Of a stretch of 64,000 bases of DNA, positions 24,056 to 38,421 are shown one piece after another; position 1 is the stretch's first letter; every line of letters begins with the position of its first letter. The DNA is from Octopus sinensis (lineage: Eukaryota). Location of the stretch: positions 149,420,001-149,484,000 of the forward strand of contig NC_043000.1 in the NCBI RefSeq assembly GCF_006345805.1. The letters run 5' to 3'. The notes beneath the pieces are model-generated. The model did no database searches, had not been told where the DNA came from, and saw only the letters and a program-made list of their open reading frames with translations. The translations under genes and the position numbers were made by a program.

Positions 24056-25145
24056 ATGGCTCAGTGGTTAGAGTGTCGAGCTTACGATCGCGAGGTTGTG
24101 AGCTTGAATCCCGGACCAGGCTGCGTGTTGTGTTCTTGAGCAAGGCACTTTATTTCACGTCGCTCCAGTTCACTCAGCTGTAGAAATGAGTTGCGACATC
24201 ACAGGTGCCAAGCTGTATCAGCCTTTGCCTTTCCCTTGGATAACACTGGTGGCGTGGAGAGGGGAGGCCGGTATGCATGGGTGACTGCTGGTCTTCCATA
24301 AACAACCATGCCCAGACTTGTGACTAGGAGGGTGGGGGGTCCCGGAATAACCAACTTTACATAAAAATTTTGGAAGGCTATTTTTGAATAAATATACTCT
24401 TTTTATACATGAGTTGCCTCCTAATTCAGTGAAGGCACATGGCTCAGTGGTTAGAGCATCGAGCTTATGATCATGAGGTTGTGTGTTCGAATCCTGGACC
24501 GGGCTGTGTGTTGTGTTATTGAGCAAGACACTTTATTTCACGTCACTCCAGTTCACTCAGCTGTAGAAATGAGTTGCGACATCACAGGTGCCAACCTGTA
24601 TCGGCCTTTGCCTTTCCCTTGGATAACACTGGTGGCGTGGAGAGGGGAGGTCGGTATGCATGGGTGACTGCTGGTCTTCCATAACAACCATGCCCAGACT
24701 TGTGACTAGGAGGGTGGGGGGTCCCGGAATAACCAACTTTACATAAAAATTTTGGAAGGCTATTTTTGAATAAATATACTCTTTTTATACATGAGTTGCC
24801 TCCTAATTCAGTGAAGGCACATGGCTCAGTGGTTAGAGCATCGAGCTTATGATCATGAGGTTGTGTGTTCGAATCCTGGACCGGGCTGTGTGTTGTGTTA
24901 TTGAGCAAGACACTTTATTTCACGTCACTCCAGTTCACTCAGCTGTAGAAATGAGTTGCGACATCACAGGTGCCAACCTGTATCGGCCTTTGCCTTTCCC
25001 TTGGATAACACTGGTGGCGTGGAGAGGGGAGGTCGGTATGCATGGGTGACTGCTGGTCTTCCATAAACAACCTTGCCTGGACTTGTGCCTGGGAGGGTAA
25101 CTTTCTAGATGCAATTCCATGGCCAGCCATGACCGAAGGGGGTCT
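24056..25145 (+). mobile_element. tRNA-derived SINE family D, three tandem copies with a 382-bp period; single copy at 47392-47739(-) with TSD acatttaaatag
   Basis: Head tggctcagtggttagagc..gttcgaatcc; duplicated ORFs 24467 and 24849 are 382 bp apart; gcctcctaatt flanks the last copy. Confidence 0.85.
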
Positions 25146-25335
25146 CAGCAGCCTCCTAATTTGCAGAATGTTATTTTTGCATCATTAGTCATATTGCTTA
25201 ATTTCTTAAAAATCCTCCTATAGGTTATTGTGAAATAGTTGGAGGAAAGACAGTGATGTTGGTCAAACCAATGTAAAAATATTGGGCAATTCAAGCTTAT
25301 GTATCGCTGAAATAATTTTTCTTTCTTACTTTTTA

Positions 25336-25900
25336 TTATTATTATTGAGTGAGAGAGCAGTTCATGCCATCAAAGTGACACTGGGGTAAAATATACGAAG
25401 CCCAATATACCCATCATGACTACCCGTCTGATAAAGGTACACCAGGCACATGTATCACACCCATATGTGCGCGATATGGTGATCTCATATCAAGATAAAC
25501 AGCACATGACCTTGCAGGTGGGGCCCAGTTAGAATTTTCTTCAGGTTGATTGGCTCATCCCGCTCAAAAGGTCCCTGAATAAGGGTTGTTTAAGGATGTT
25601 GAAAGAACCACCCATGTTTCCAGAGGTGAATTATTCAAACCCCAAAGAATCCCTCTCAACACATGGCTATGATGCTCCCCCACTACTTCTGCTCGTGATC
25701 AGAGATGCACATATCGTCAGCCACTAAGGGACATGCTCAACTGGTTAAGGTCAAACAACTGACAAGCAAATCTGTGGTATTGAGCAGAATATTTGCTGTA
25801 GCCCATCTTTTATACCAAGACAAAACAATGTACATGATAACACTTCCAATCAGTTAAGATCAGAAGCCATGAGAGCCACTGCCTGGTACTGCATCAGGGC

Positions 25901-25939
<39 letters not shown>

Positions 25940-26120
25940 CATCATTATTATTATTATTATTATCATTATTATTATCATTATTATTATCATTATTATTTCA
26001 TTATTATTATTATTATTATTATTATCATTATTATTATTATTATTATTATCATCATTATTATTATTATTATTATTATTATCATCATTATTATTATTATTAT
26101 TATTATCATTATTATTATTA

Positions 26121-26170
<50 letters not shown>
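25336..26170 (-). repeat. Unclassified ~560-bp element bounded by (ATT)n, plus a long (ATT/ATC)n tract at 25903-26168
   Basis: Complex sequence flanked on both sides by ATT microsatellite. Confidence 0.45.
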
Positions 26171-27452
26171 CATTTTTATGGATTTAAATAGGTGCAGGAA
26201 TAGCTGTGTGTGGGGAGAAGCTTGCTTTGTAACCACATGTTTTGGGTTCAGTCCCACTGTACAACACCTTGAGCAAGTGTCTTGTACTATAGTCTCAAAT
26301 TAATCAATGTTTTGTGAATGAATTTGGTAGACAGGAACTGTGTGTATATACTTACATACAAAGGAGTGTCTACAAGCTGTAGACCCATGCTTGGTCATGG
26401 CACATAAACATGCTTGTGTGTGTGTGTGCATGTGCATGAGATATCTGGCACCTTGCTGTACTCAAGAAGACGCATCCACCACACCAGAATTTATGTTGTT
26501 ACTACAGGTGTGAAGTGTATGTATGTGTATGTACGTGAGTGCATGGCTGTGTATGTACACTGTGACATAGACCAATGGTTAACAGTACCAGCACCAACTA
26601 TCCACTACAAAATCAATACCTTGGGGTCAGCTAGTCTCTATCTTTACCCATTCCAGCTAAATATTCAGTAACAACCATTCTTTCTCCTTAACAACAGAAC
26701 AACAGTAATTAATTTGTTCTTGTCTCTCCCCCTTTCTTCCCCATTTTGCACAATCCCCACTCCCATATATTCGACCTCATCCTTCTCTTTCTTACTTCTT
26801 CAAACATTTGTTTTCTTTTATTCTGTTCTTTCAGTTTCACTCTTCATTTCAAGTCACATCTGCAGCGAATTAACTTGGAAATTTTAATTCTATGTTACTT
26901 TCATATAAATAAGGTATCCTCAACCTGGTGATTGGTTAAGTTGAGTATTTCTTCATTGAACAATTATTACATCAGAGGACCAGCTAATTAAGATACATAT
27001 GTTGCTTGGATTTTATCCATTCCACCCCTTCAATTTCGATTTTTAGCCATATTCACAGTAACTCTAGTAGTTAATTGTGAGCTACACCGAAACTTTCAGT
27101 TTATCGAATATCTTAGTATTTTTGATATTGGGAAAAGTGTGTAACATTTGACACCTATAAATTGTTATTGATCCGGACTGTACACTGTCCACTCATGTTT
27201 TCTATATTTTCCATGCACTGCTTGAAGCTTACAAATTATCTCCACTTGAGTCCCTAGCATTCCTTTTCCATGATGGCATGGGTTGGATAGTTTGACAGAA
27301 GCTAGCTAGGCTGGGAGCCACACCAGCCTCCATTCTTTGTTTTGGCATGGTTTCTACAACTTGATGCCCTTCCTAATGCCATCCACTTTACAGAGTGTAC
27401 TGGATGCTTTTTACATGGCTCCAGCATCATTGCTTTCTATGTGGCACCATTA

Positions 27453-27782
27453 GTGACAGGGTTCCTAAGTAACTTGCAAGATGAAGCCCTGTCAACTGGG
27501 GGTGAGGGGTAGTATTGAGTGACAGGGTTCCCAAGTAACTTGCAAGATGAACCCTGTCAACTGCAGGTGAGGGGTAGTATTGAGTGACAGGGTTCCTAAG
27601 TAACTTGCAAGATGAAGCCCTGTCAACTGGGGGTGAGGGGTAGTATTGAGTGACAAGGTTCCTAAGTAACTTGCAAGATGAAGCCCTGTCAACTGGGGGT
27701 GAGGGGTAGTATTGAGTGACAGGGTTCCCAAGTAACTTGCAAGATGAAGCCCTGTCAACTGGGGGTGAGGGGTAGTATTGAG
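27453..27782. repeat. 66-bp minisatellite x5
   Basis: Unit gtgacagggttcctaagtaacttgcaagatgaagccctgtcaactgggggtgaggggtagtattga. Confidence 0.95.
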
Positions 27783-28004
27783 GTGTTGGGCTGGTGGCTT
27801 TGTGTCAGTAGAGATTAAAGGTATAGGGGGACAGAGATAGGTGTGTTGCTGTAGAATAAATTCCAGGATACCCCAGTTGGAAAAGAAAGGAGAATGAGTG
27901 AGCGAGTAAGATAAAGAGAGTGCAGACAAGCGAGTGTTAATGATGGAGAGCAGCACAAAAAGTAGGTGATTGGTGGAGATAACAGGCAGGGGAAGGGGAA
28001 GTTA

Positions 28005-28208
28005 ATGAGAGATAGAAGTGGTTAGGGGGTGGAGGACGGAAACGTAACTGAGAAAGTGGAGGAGTGTAGAACGTACCTATTCTGCTTTCAGGTGATAGAG
28101 AAGTGATGAGAAATAGAAGTGGTTTGGGGGTGGAGGACGGAAGGTAACTGAGAAAGTGGAGGAATGTAGAACGTACCTATTCTGCTGTCAGGTGATAGAG
28201 AAGTGATG
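28005..28208. repeat. ~100-bp direct duplication x2
   Basis: tgaga.atagaagtggtt..gtcaggtgatagagaagtgatg occurs twice. Confidence 0.85.
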
Positions 28209-28339
28209 GGTGTTAGGGGATGAAATGTGGGAGAGAAATGGTCGATGATGCAGAGAGGATAGATGGGGGGGGGATGAGGCAGAGCTTCTCACAGACAAGC
28301 ATTACCAAGGTGGCTTAGGATATAAATTCTGGTGTGGTG

Positions 28340-29071
28340 GTTGAGTTTTCTTGAGTACAGCAAGGTGCCAGACACCTCGGTCCTTTGTCATCTTCTTTGT
28401 GAGGTTCAGTGTCTTGAGATCAGCCTTCAATACTTTGTCCACTGTCTTCCTGGGTCACCCTCTTCCCCAAGTTTGACCCACTTTAAGTGATCAGCACTTC
28501 TTTATGCAACTGGCCACATCCATATGCATCACAGGATTAAACCAGTGCTGTCTTCTCTCTTGCAAATTCCATTTAATTCCTCTATTTCTTTACTACCCAC
28601 AAAGGGCTAAACACAGAGGGGACAAACAAGGACAGACAAACGGATTAAGTCGATTATATCGACCCCAGTGCATAACTGGTACTTATTTAATCGACCCCGA
28701 AAGGATGAAAGGTTAAGTCGACCTCAGCAGAATTTGAACTCAGAACGTAACGGCAGACGAAATACGGCTACGCATTTCGCCCGACGTGCTAACGTTTCTG
28801 CCAGCTCACCGCCTTATTTAATTCCTCTTATGTCTAACTTTTCACTCAGTACACTAGTGCTCTGTTGCACATGCACAATTACAATGCACATTGAGCAGAA
28901 CATATTAGCATCATTCCTCTCTAATCTTCGCATGTCCTCTGTATTCAGGGCCCCCTTTTCACTACCATGTGACATTGATGTTTACACACATGAATCATTT
29001 AATCATTCAATTTCCTTTCACTCAGAGAGAAAGAGAGAGAGAGAGAGGGGGAGAGAGAGAGAAAGAGAGAT

Positions 29072-29161
<90 letters not shown>

Positions 29162-29330
29162 TTGGTTGCCAATAGAGGCAAAAGCTCTCTGAATTTTCTC
29201 CATCCCATGTTTATTCTTGCTATTACATTTTTAGTACATCTACCTCTGTTGCTAATAAGTTACCTACTTAGTAGAAATTATCTACAACTTCTAGAGAACC
29301 TCCAGGGCATTTTAAAAAAATCAATTTCAT
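28340..29330 (-). mobile_element. Decayed RTE LINE 3' fragment interrupted by a SINE and a (GA)n expansion
   Basis: [18 protein letters not shown] followed by a (CT)n expansion in ORF 28999-29208. Confidence 0.75.
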
Positions 29331-29529
29331 ATGTGTCTCTAGATTTTATGGCTACCTTGAGAAATAGGAGAATGGAGGAGAGGGATGTCGGTGATACCTG
29401 TAAAGGGATGTTGGTGACACCTGTTGAGGGGAGGGGTGTAGTAGTTGGGGAGGGATGCAAGTAGCATTAATGATGATACAGTTGACAGGGGGAAGAGAGA
29501 GGGATGACGTATTTAGGTAGGCTGAAGGA

Positions 29530-29552
29530 GTAAGAGATAGATAAATAAATAG

Positions 29553-29583
<31 letters not shown>

Positions 29584-29953
29584 TAGATAAATAAATAGAA
29601 AGAAAGAGAGAGAGAGAGAGAGAGAGAGTGGAGTGAGGGATAGATAAATAAATAGAAAGAAAGAGAGAGAGAGAGAGAGAGTGGAGTGAGGGATAGATAA
29701 ATAAATAGAAAGAAAGAGAGAGAGAGAGAGTGGAGTAAGGGATAGATAAATAAATAGAAAAAGAGAGAGAGAGAGAGTGGAGTAAGGGATAGATAAATAA
29801 ATAGAAAGAAAGAGAGAGAGAGAGAGAGTGGAGTAAGGGATAGATAAATAAATAGAAAGAAAGAAGAGAGAGAGAGAGTGGAGTAAGGGATAGATAAATA
29901 AATAGAAAGAAGAGAGAGAGAGAGAGTGGAGTAAGGGATAGATAAATAAATAG

Positions 29954-29986
<33 letters not shown>

Positions 29987-30120
29987 ATGGAGTGAGGGAT
30001 TGATAAATAAATAGAAAGAAAGAGAGAGAGAGAGAGAGAGAGTGGAGTAAGGGATAGATAAATAAATAGAAAGAAAGAGAGAGAGAGAGTGAGTGGAGTG
30101 AGGGATAGATAAATAAATAG

Positions 30121-30158
<38 letters not shown>
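29530..30158. repeat. Composite ~55-65-bp satellite (ggagtaagggatagataaataaatagaaagaaa(ga)n), ~11 units
   Basis: Seen directly. Confidence 0.95.
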
Positions 30159-30160
<2 letters not shown>

Positions 30161-30466
30161 TATGAGAAGCATAGTGCATGAGTGGAGATAAATTGGTGAT
30201 CTGAGGGGTATGGATTTGCCAATTAACATACAAATATAAATCCACATGTAGAACACACACACACACACACACACACAAACAAACACACATGATATTAAAA
30301 TAACTAACAAAGGAAGGCGTGTTCATTAGTTCAAGTACACACAGCTGTTTCCAGTATTTGTTCTTAACATATAGGCTTAAAATTTATTTATTTTTTAATC
30401 CAGATCAGTAAGTGCTGATACCTAATGAACAGTTACTTATCCTGCTATAGACAAAGCAGAATTATA

Positions 30467-31351
30467 ACACACACACAGGCAGACACAGACACACACATAC
30501 ACATACAGGCAGACACACGCATACACACACACAGACAAAAACGCATACACACATACAAACAGACACACACACACACAGACACACACACAAACACATATGC
30601 AGACCTACAGACATACACACACACACACACAAACACACAGAGACACACACACACATACACACACAGGCAGACACACACATACACACACAGAGACAAAACG
30701 CATGCACACATACAAACAGACATACACACACAGAGACACACACACATACGCAGACAGACACACACACACACAAACACACACATACACACACACATACACA
30801 CACAGGCAGACACACGTACACACACAGGCAGATACACGCATACACACACACAGACAAAAACGCATACACACATACAAACAGACATACACACACAGAGACA
30901 CACACACAAACACATACGCAGACAGACAGACACACACAAACACACAGAGACACACACATACACACACACACAGACAGACAGACACACACACACACACAAA
31001 CACACAGACACACACACAGACACATACACAGACAGACAGACACACACACACACACAAACACACAGACACACACACAGACACACACACAGACACATACACA
31101 GACAGACAGACACACACACACACACACACACAAACACACAGAGACACACACACAGACACATACACAGACAGACAGAAAGACACACACACACACATACACA
31201 CACAAACACACAGAAACACACACACAGACACATACACACACAGACAGACACACACACACACACAAACACACAGAGACACACACACAGACACACATAGACA
31301 CACTCACACACACACAGACACACTCACACACACACACACACACACACACAC
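30467..31351. repeat. Complex (CA)/(CAGA) microsatellite
   Basis: Seen directly. Confidence 0.95.
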
Positions 31352-31861
31352 GACAACAAAATATGTATACTCTACTACACAATGCAGTTTGAATTAGAAG
31401 AGCTGAAAATAATTGTAAATATTTGAAAGCTTTTGTTTTGACAGGAAGTTAAAAGAACATAAACACTTTCCTTCTCTTCATCCCCTTGAACAATAAAAAG
31501 GGCATTGTGGGACGTGACTCACATGTTTTACAGTTTGCTTATCAGTCCTTGGAGGAGAGGTGCTTGATATCATTCCCCAACTGAAAGCATAGAATATTTG
31601 GCAACCATATACAGCAACTAGAAATTAAGCTGGTACCATAGGGGACAGCTTAATTAGAATATTTGCAATTATGGGAAAACATACACAAGAGGCACAGGAG
31701 TGGGTGTGTGGTAAGTAGCTTGCTAACCAACCACATGGTTCCGGGTTCAGTCCCACTGCGTGGCATCTTGGGCAAGTGTCTTCTGCTATAGCCCCGGGCC
31801 GACCAATGCCTTGTGAGTGGATTTGGTAGACGGAAACTGAAAGAAGCCTGTCGTATATATG

Positions 31862-31902
<41 letters not shown>

Positions 31903-32191
31903 CTGTGTTTGTCCCTCTAGCATTGCTTGACAACCGATGCTGGTGTGTTTACGTCCCCGTCACTTAGCTGTTCGGCCTAAGAGACCGATAGAATAAGTAC
32001 TGGGCTTACAAAGAATAAGTCCCGGGGTCGATTTGCTCGACTAAAGGCGGTGCTCCAGCATGGCCACAGTCAAATGACTGAAACAAGTAAAAAAAAAAAA
32101 AAAGAGTAAGAGTACACACACACACACACATACACATGCACACACACACACTTGCATATACATACTCACACACACATATATATGCATACCT

Positions 32192-32662
32192 AAGGCCGCG
32201 AGCTGGCAGAAACGTTAGCGTGCTGGGCGAAATGCGTTGCCGTATTTCGTCTGCCGTTACGTTCTAAGTTCAAATTCCACCGAGGTCAACTTTGCCTTTC
32301 ATCCTTTCGGGGTCGATAAATTAAGTACCTATTTCTTTACTACCCACAAGGGGCTAAACACAGAGGAGACAAACAAGGACGGACAGATGGATTAAGTCGT
32401 TTATATCGACCCCAGTGCGTAACTGGTACTTAATTTATCGACCCTGAAAGGATGAAAGGCAAAGTCGACCTCGACGGAATTTGAACTCAGAACGTAACAG
32501 CAGATGAAATACCGCTAAGTATTCACCCAGTGTGCTAACGTTTCTGCCAGCTCAACGCCTTGTACCAGTTACGCACTGGGGTCGATGTAATCGACTTAAT
32601 CCGTTTGTCTATCCTTGTTTGTCCCCTTCTGTGATTAGCCCCTTATGGGTAGTAAAGAAATA
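32192..32662. mobile_element. SINE family B copy (+) interrupted by an inverted copy (32330-32561, -) of the same family
   Basis: The host copy breaks at ..taagtacc and resumes at gtaccagttacgc; gtacc is duplicated. Confidence 0.8.
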
Positions 32663-32689
32663 CATACATGCATACAGAGGTTAATTTAT

Positions 32690-32970
32690 GTGGAGGCGCA
32701 ATGGCCCAGTGGTTAGGGCAGCGGACTCGCAGTCATAGGATCGCGGTTTTGATTCCTAGACTGAGCGTTGTGAGTGTTTATTGAGCGAAAACACCTAAAA
32801 GCTCCACGAGGCTCTGGCAGGGGATGGTGGTGATCCCTGCTGTACTCTTTCACCACAACTTTCTCTCACTCTTACTTCCTGTTTCTGTTGTACCTGTATT
32901 TTAAAGGGCCGGCCTTGTCACTCTCTGTGTCACGCTGAATATCCCCGAGAACTACGTTAAGGGTACACGT
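32690..32970 (+). mobile_element. tRNA-derived SINE family C, partial. Full copies: 42431-42820(-) with TSD agaagtaatgt, and 60879-61253(-)
   Basis: Head ggaggcgcaatggcccagtggttagggc; body shared among the three copies. Confidence 0.8.
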
Positions 32971-33939
32971 AGGGTACCTGGGTATATATAGGGTACCTGG
33001 GTATATATAGAGTTGAAGGGGACTACCGGATAGCAATGATACAGAGGAACAGGTCCATGAGAACAGGATTGGTGTGTGGGAGGTAAGCATAGTGTATGAA
33101 AAAGCTGAAAAAGAGGTAATTTCTACTCTTCTCCTCTGGAAGCCATCTACTCGCAATACCAGAGGGCACACACTCTCCTACCCTGATGTAATCTCCAGGG
33201 ATACAGGCATCCAGCAACAGGACCTCCGTAATGCCATGATGGACCGTGAAGTCTGGCGTAGCATGGTAAATTCCATTGTCTCGACCACGGTCGAACAATG
33301 ATGATGATGAGTGTATGAAGGAGGAAATGTGAGGAAGAGAAATGTTAAGATGTAGATTGGTTTGTTGGGGCAGGGTGTGTGAAAAGTTTTTTTTGTTATG
33401 TGTTGGTGGAATATACAGATCAGGAGCTAGCAGATATCAATGATACAGTGAGACAGGGCGTATGGGTGAAACACACAAGTCGGCGGGGCTAGCAGAGAGC
33501 AATGATATAGTGGGACATGGCCAGGAGGGCAGGATTGGGGAGTGGGAGGTAAGCATAGTGCATGAAGTGGAAATATGAGAAAGAGAAGAGATGTAGAGAT
33601 ATATATTTCTTTACTACCCACAAGGAGCTAAACACAGAGGGGACAAACAAGGACCGAAAAACGGATTAAGTCGATTACATCGACCCCAGTGCGTAACTGG
33701 TACTTAATTTATCGACCCCGAAAGGATGAAAGGCAAAGTCGACCTTGGCGGAATTTGAACTCGGAACGTAATGATAGATGAAATACGGCTACGTATTTCG
33801 CCCGGCGTGCTAACGGTTCTGCCAGCTCACCGCCTTTGAGATGTAGAGATATAGTTTGGTTTGTTGTGGTAGAGTGTGGGAGAAGTTTCCTTGTTAAGTG
33901 TGGGCAGGACACACAGCACTTCTAGAACTCAGTTTCACT

Positions 33940-35275
33940 GATGTGGGTGGGTCTTCTCAAGAACCTCATATCACCAGACATCTCAGTCCATTGTCATTTC
34001 TTCTGTGAGGCCCAACATCCTGAGATCAGTCCTTACTTCATCCCATGTCTCCTTCAGTCTCCCTCTTCCACAGGTACCATCCACTTTCAGTGATCGGCAC
34101 TTCTTTATGCAGCTGTCCTCATTCATACACATCACATGTCCAAACCAATGTAGTCTTCTCTCTTGCATGCCACATGTAATTCCTTTCATACCTAACTTTT
34201 TCTCAATACATTTGCACTTTGTTGTACATGCGCACTGATGTTGCACATCCAACAGAGCATACTACCTTCATTTCTCTCCAGTCTACTCATGTCATCTGCA
34301 TTCAGAGCCCATATCTCACTACTATGGAGCATAGCCATTCTCACACAAACACCATACAGTCTACCTTTCACTCTGAGAGTCCTTTTGTTGCCAACAGAGG
34401 TAATAGCTCGCTGAACTTCCTCCACCCAATTCTTATCCTAAAAACAAGACTTTCAGTGCATCCTCCACCATTGCTAATTTGGTCACCTAGGTAACAAAAA
34501 CTATCTATAACCTTAAGAGAGCCTCTTGGGCATTTGAGAGGATCTTGGTCGTGTGTGCTTATTGTTCCTGCCAGATACAAAGACAACTTTATCTGTTAAT
34601 CTACTTGTGATTCCTCTGCACTTCTTGTGTGTCCATAGTTTACACTGGGTGCAGCAACTTCTTTCCTACTTATTGAGCAGGGCAATTTACCTGATGGAAA
34701 GAGAGTTTTATCATTTTTCTTACAAACAACATCTTTGGTCTTTGTTAGGTTGACATTAAGGCCATTTGACTCCAGGCTTTGTTTCCATACCTGGAATTTC
34801 TTCTCCAATTCTGCTAAAGATTCTGCAATAAGAGCAAGGTCATCAGCATATAGCAGTTCCCACGGGCACCCAGTTTTGAATTCCTCTGTTATGGCCTGGA
34901 GGACTATAATGAATAAGAGTGGGCTGAGAACTGAGCCTGGTGAACCCATACCTGTACGCTAAATTTATCACTGTATTCATGGCCAACTCTCACATCACTG
35001 ACAGCACCACAGCACATGGCTTGTACAGTTTTTAACAAGACATTCCTCTACTCCTAACTTCCTTAGAGACCACCATGTAATAGAGCAGAGAACTTTGTTG
35101 AAAGCTTTCTTCAGGTTGATGGAAGCTAGGTACAATGGCTTACTTTTGGTCAAGTGCCTTTCCTTTTGCTGTCTCACTAGGAAGATGGCATTTGTGGTAC
35201 TCTTCCCAGGTACAAAATCAAACTGCGTCTCATTTAGTTTAATTCTAGTTCTAATCAATTGAGCTATAACTCTCT
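33940..35275 (-). mobile_element. Decayed RTE LINE RT region
   Basis: QFDFVPGKSTTNAIF, INLKKAFNKV, GSVLSPLLF, PWELLYADDL, VIDSFCYLG, RLHWFGHV. Confidence 0.9.
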
Positions 35276-36564
35276 CTCTGTATATATGTGTGTGTGCGTG
35301 TGTTAAGTATATATGTGTTTGGAGGCAAGGCAAGGCTGGCAACGGCCACGATCGGATGGTGTTTGTAACGTGCCACCAGCACGGAGGCCAGTTGATGTGG
35401 TGCTGGCTACGGCCACATTCGGATGGTGGCACATAAGAGAACCATCTGAACGTGGCCGTAGCCAGCACCACATTGACTGGCCTCCGTGCCGGTGGCACAT
35501 AAAAAGCACCATCCGAGTGTGGCCGTTAACCAGCCTCGTCTGGCACCTGTGTCGGTGGCACATAAAAAGCACCCACTACACTCACGGAGTGGTTGGTGTT
35601 AGGAAGGGCATCCAGCTGTAGAAACACTGCCAGATCTGACTGGCCTGGTGCAGCCTTCGGGCTTCCCAGACCCCAGTTGAACCATCCAACCCATGCTAGC
35701 ATGGAAAGCGAACGTTAAACGATGATGATGATGATGATGATGATGATATATATATTTAAAGCTGGCTCATCAGAGTATGTTCTTTAAATTGCCCTTATAT
35801 GGGCATTCAAGTGGCAAATGTTCATCCTAATCTTTTTTGTAAATTGTATGTAATTATGGAATGCAGAGGGGGGTAAGGGTGAGATGGAAAGGGTAGGGGA
35901 GAAATTGAAAAAGAGCGACAGAGCTTGGAAGAAAGGAAGGGCAGAGGATTTTTGAAAGATATGTGTGAAAGATTCTTCAACAGGAAACCATTTGGTAACA
36001 TGAATTGGCTGTTATGAGACTAAGTTGTATACATATACAAGTTTGCTTTGTTTTATTGCTAGCATCACTTGAAACTTCAAATTCTTTTGTATTTCCATCA
36101 TAAAGATACAAGAGGAGCAAGTGAATTCAGATACTCTGTTATTGTCTTGTTCCCGGAAGTGTTGAGAGTAATTACAACATCAGCCTCATTCAGCTTCAGA
36201 CACCAGTTCACCAGTTTTCATTGGATTTGGATTCTAGTCCTTATTATATGCAAGCCTGCATTAGCCTATTCTACATATAGCTCATCATAGAAAGGATATC
36301 CGTCACTAAGTGGATATCTTCATCACCACAAGAGATTCCAGCCATATTAATCATTAAAATATTGATGTAATCTTTTATCCTTTTATTCTTTTACTTGTTT
36401 CAGCCATTTAACACCGGCCATGCTGGAGCACTGCCATAGAAGGTGTTAGTCAAAGAAATCAACCTCAGCACTTATTCCTTGCAAGTCTACCAAATAGATG
36501 AAAGAGCATTGTACAAAATGGAGGAGAATATATTTTAGATTAAAAAAGAACACCTTGACTCAGT

Positions 36565-37274
36565 CTGTCTTACTGCAAGAAAGTACAGCGGGTGGATCTT
36601 GCGCACCTTCAAATCAAGAGATACCTCAACAATGAAAACCCTCTGGAACAGTATGATACTTCCGAGGATTGACTACTGTTCTCAGTTGTGGTCACCAACA
36701 ACAAAGGGCCAACTATCTAAGATAGAATCGCTCCAAAGAAATTTTACCTCATACTTCTCAGAAACGAGGGACCTGGACTATTGGCAAAGACTCAAAACCT
36801 TGAGGATGTACTCAATAGAAAGAAGATTTGAGCGATACCGAATTATATACATTTGGAAAATGATAGAGCAGAAGGTGCCAAACTTTGGTATCAAAACCTA
36901 CCACTCACTGTGCCACGGAAGACGCTGCCAGCTGCCACCAATCAACAAAAAGGCTGGCCAGGCAGCAAAAACCCTGCGAGAATCAAGTCTGTTGGTTCGA
37001 GGAGCACAACTGTTCAACTCCATTCCGGTACATGTCAGAAATCTATCAGGATGCAGTGTGGAATCATTCAAATTGCAACTGGATAGATACTTAAGCACCA
37101 TTAGAGATGAACCCCATCTCCCAGGATATACACAACGAGCACAAACTGACTCAAACTCGCTCCTACACATGTCAAATTTAAGCAGAGAATACAACCTGGC
37201 AACCACACCAGACTCTGAGGGTGGAGTCTTCGACTTGGCCTGAGCATGGACTCAAACCCAAATGAAATGAAATG
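36565..37274 (+). mobile_element. 5'-truncated CR1-group LINE with an open ORF2 C-terminus and (AAATG)n tail
   Basis: ORF 36599-37243: PRIDYCSQLWSP..IESLQRNFT..DYWQRLKTLRMYSIERR..FNSIP..FKLQLDRYL. Confidence 0.85.
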
Positions 37275-37602
37275 TTCATCTCAATTTTGAAAAATAAAAG
37301 AAGTATAAAAAAAAAACACATCATTTATGGAATGATCCAATACTTGATGTTAGGAGTGGCAGCCAGCCATGGAAATCATGCCAAAGCCGACAGCAGAGCT
37401 TGATGCAGTCTTCTGACTTGCCAGTTCCTATCAAACTATCCAACCCATTAGCACCATGGAAAATCAATGTTAAATGATGATGATGATGATGATGACCAAA
37501 CTTTCCAAACAGTGCAACAATATTTTCATTTTTATGATTCAAAGCGTTTTTTAAATTTTTTTTACTTAGATATATAAAGCAGATTTTTTTAGAAAAACTT
37601 AC

Positions 37603-37664
37603 ATATAATTCTAATGGGTTAAAATTTCTCTCTTCTAGATACCACTGGCTTGGAAATAATATTC
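37603..37664 (-). CDS. HtrL/YibB-like gene, 62-nt internal coding exon (stem region)
   Basis: tacttttattttacag|GAATATT...TTATAT|gtaagt; phase 1 in and phase 0 out, exactly bridging the other two exons; encodes (G)ILFPSQWYLEERNFNPLELY. Confidence 0.85.
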
Positions 37665-38364
37665 CTGTAAAATAAAAGTAGTTGTCAGAAAAAAAAAACA
37701 CATATTGATATTATACTTAAATATATTTAGATGTAGATATGTATGTGGTGTTAAGAAGTTCACTTTGCAACCATGTGTTGCCTAAGGCAAGTTTCTTCTA
37801 CTATAGTCTTGGACTGACCAATACCTTGTCAGTAAAATTTGGTAGACAGAAACTGCACAGAAAGCCTATTGTTTTCACACACAAGAAGGCCAATCTCTAA
37901 ATGCTGAGCCTTATGAAGGAGATGACTGAAGACCCTCCCCTCACAACAGAATTAATGTCTTAAAACCAAAGTTCCATGTACAAAGAATTGATGTTGGAGC
38001 TGGTACCACATAAAAAAAAGCATTGATGTTCATGCTGGTGTGATGTAAAAAGCACTGGTGTCATAGCCATGTAAACAAGCTCTGATGGTAGTGCCACATA
38101 AAAAGCACACAGTACACTCTGTAAAGAGTTTAGCATTAGGAAGGGCATCAAATTATAGAAACCAAGCCAAAACAGACTGTGGAACCTGGTGCAGTCCCTG
38201 TTAAGCTGTTCAACCCATGCCAGCATGTAAATGGATGTTAAATGAGTATGATACATACATACATACATACATACATACATACATACATACATACATACAT
38301 ACATACATACACACACACACATACACACACATACATACATACATACATACATACATACATACAT

Positions 38365-38419
<55 letters not shown>

Positions 38420-38421
<2 letters not shown>

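Noticed and set aside
24056-24125. tRNA genes at A/B-box-containing segments (also 3691, 19566, 32692, 47670)
   Set aside because: They continue into repeated SINE bodies and lack a convincing cloverleaf, so they are SINE heads.
29352-31397. Long ORFs of 230-324 aa (SLSL/FYLF, CVCV, HTHT)
   Set aside because: Translations of microsatellite and satellite DNA that lack stops by composition.
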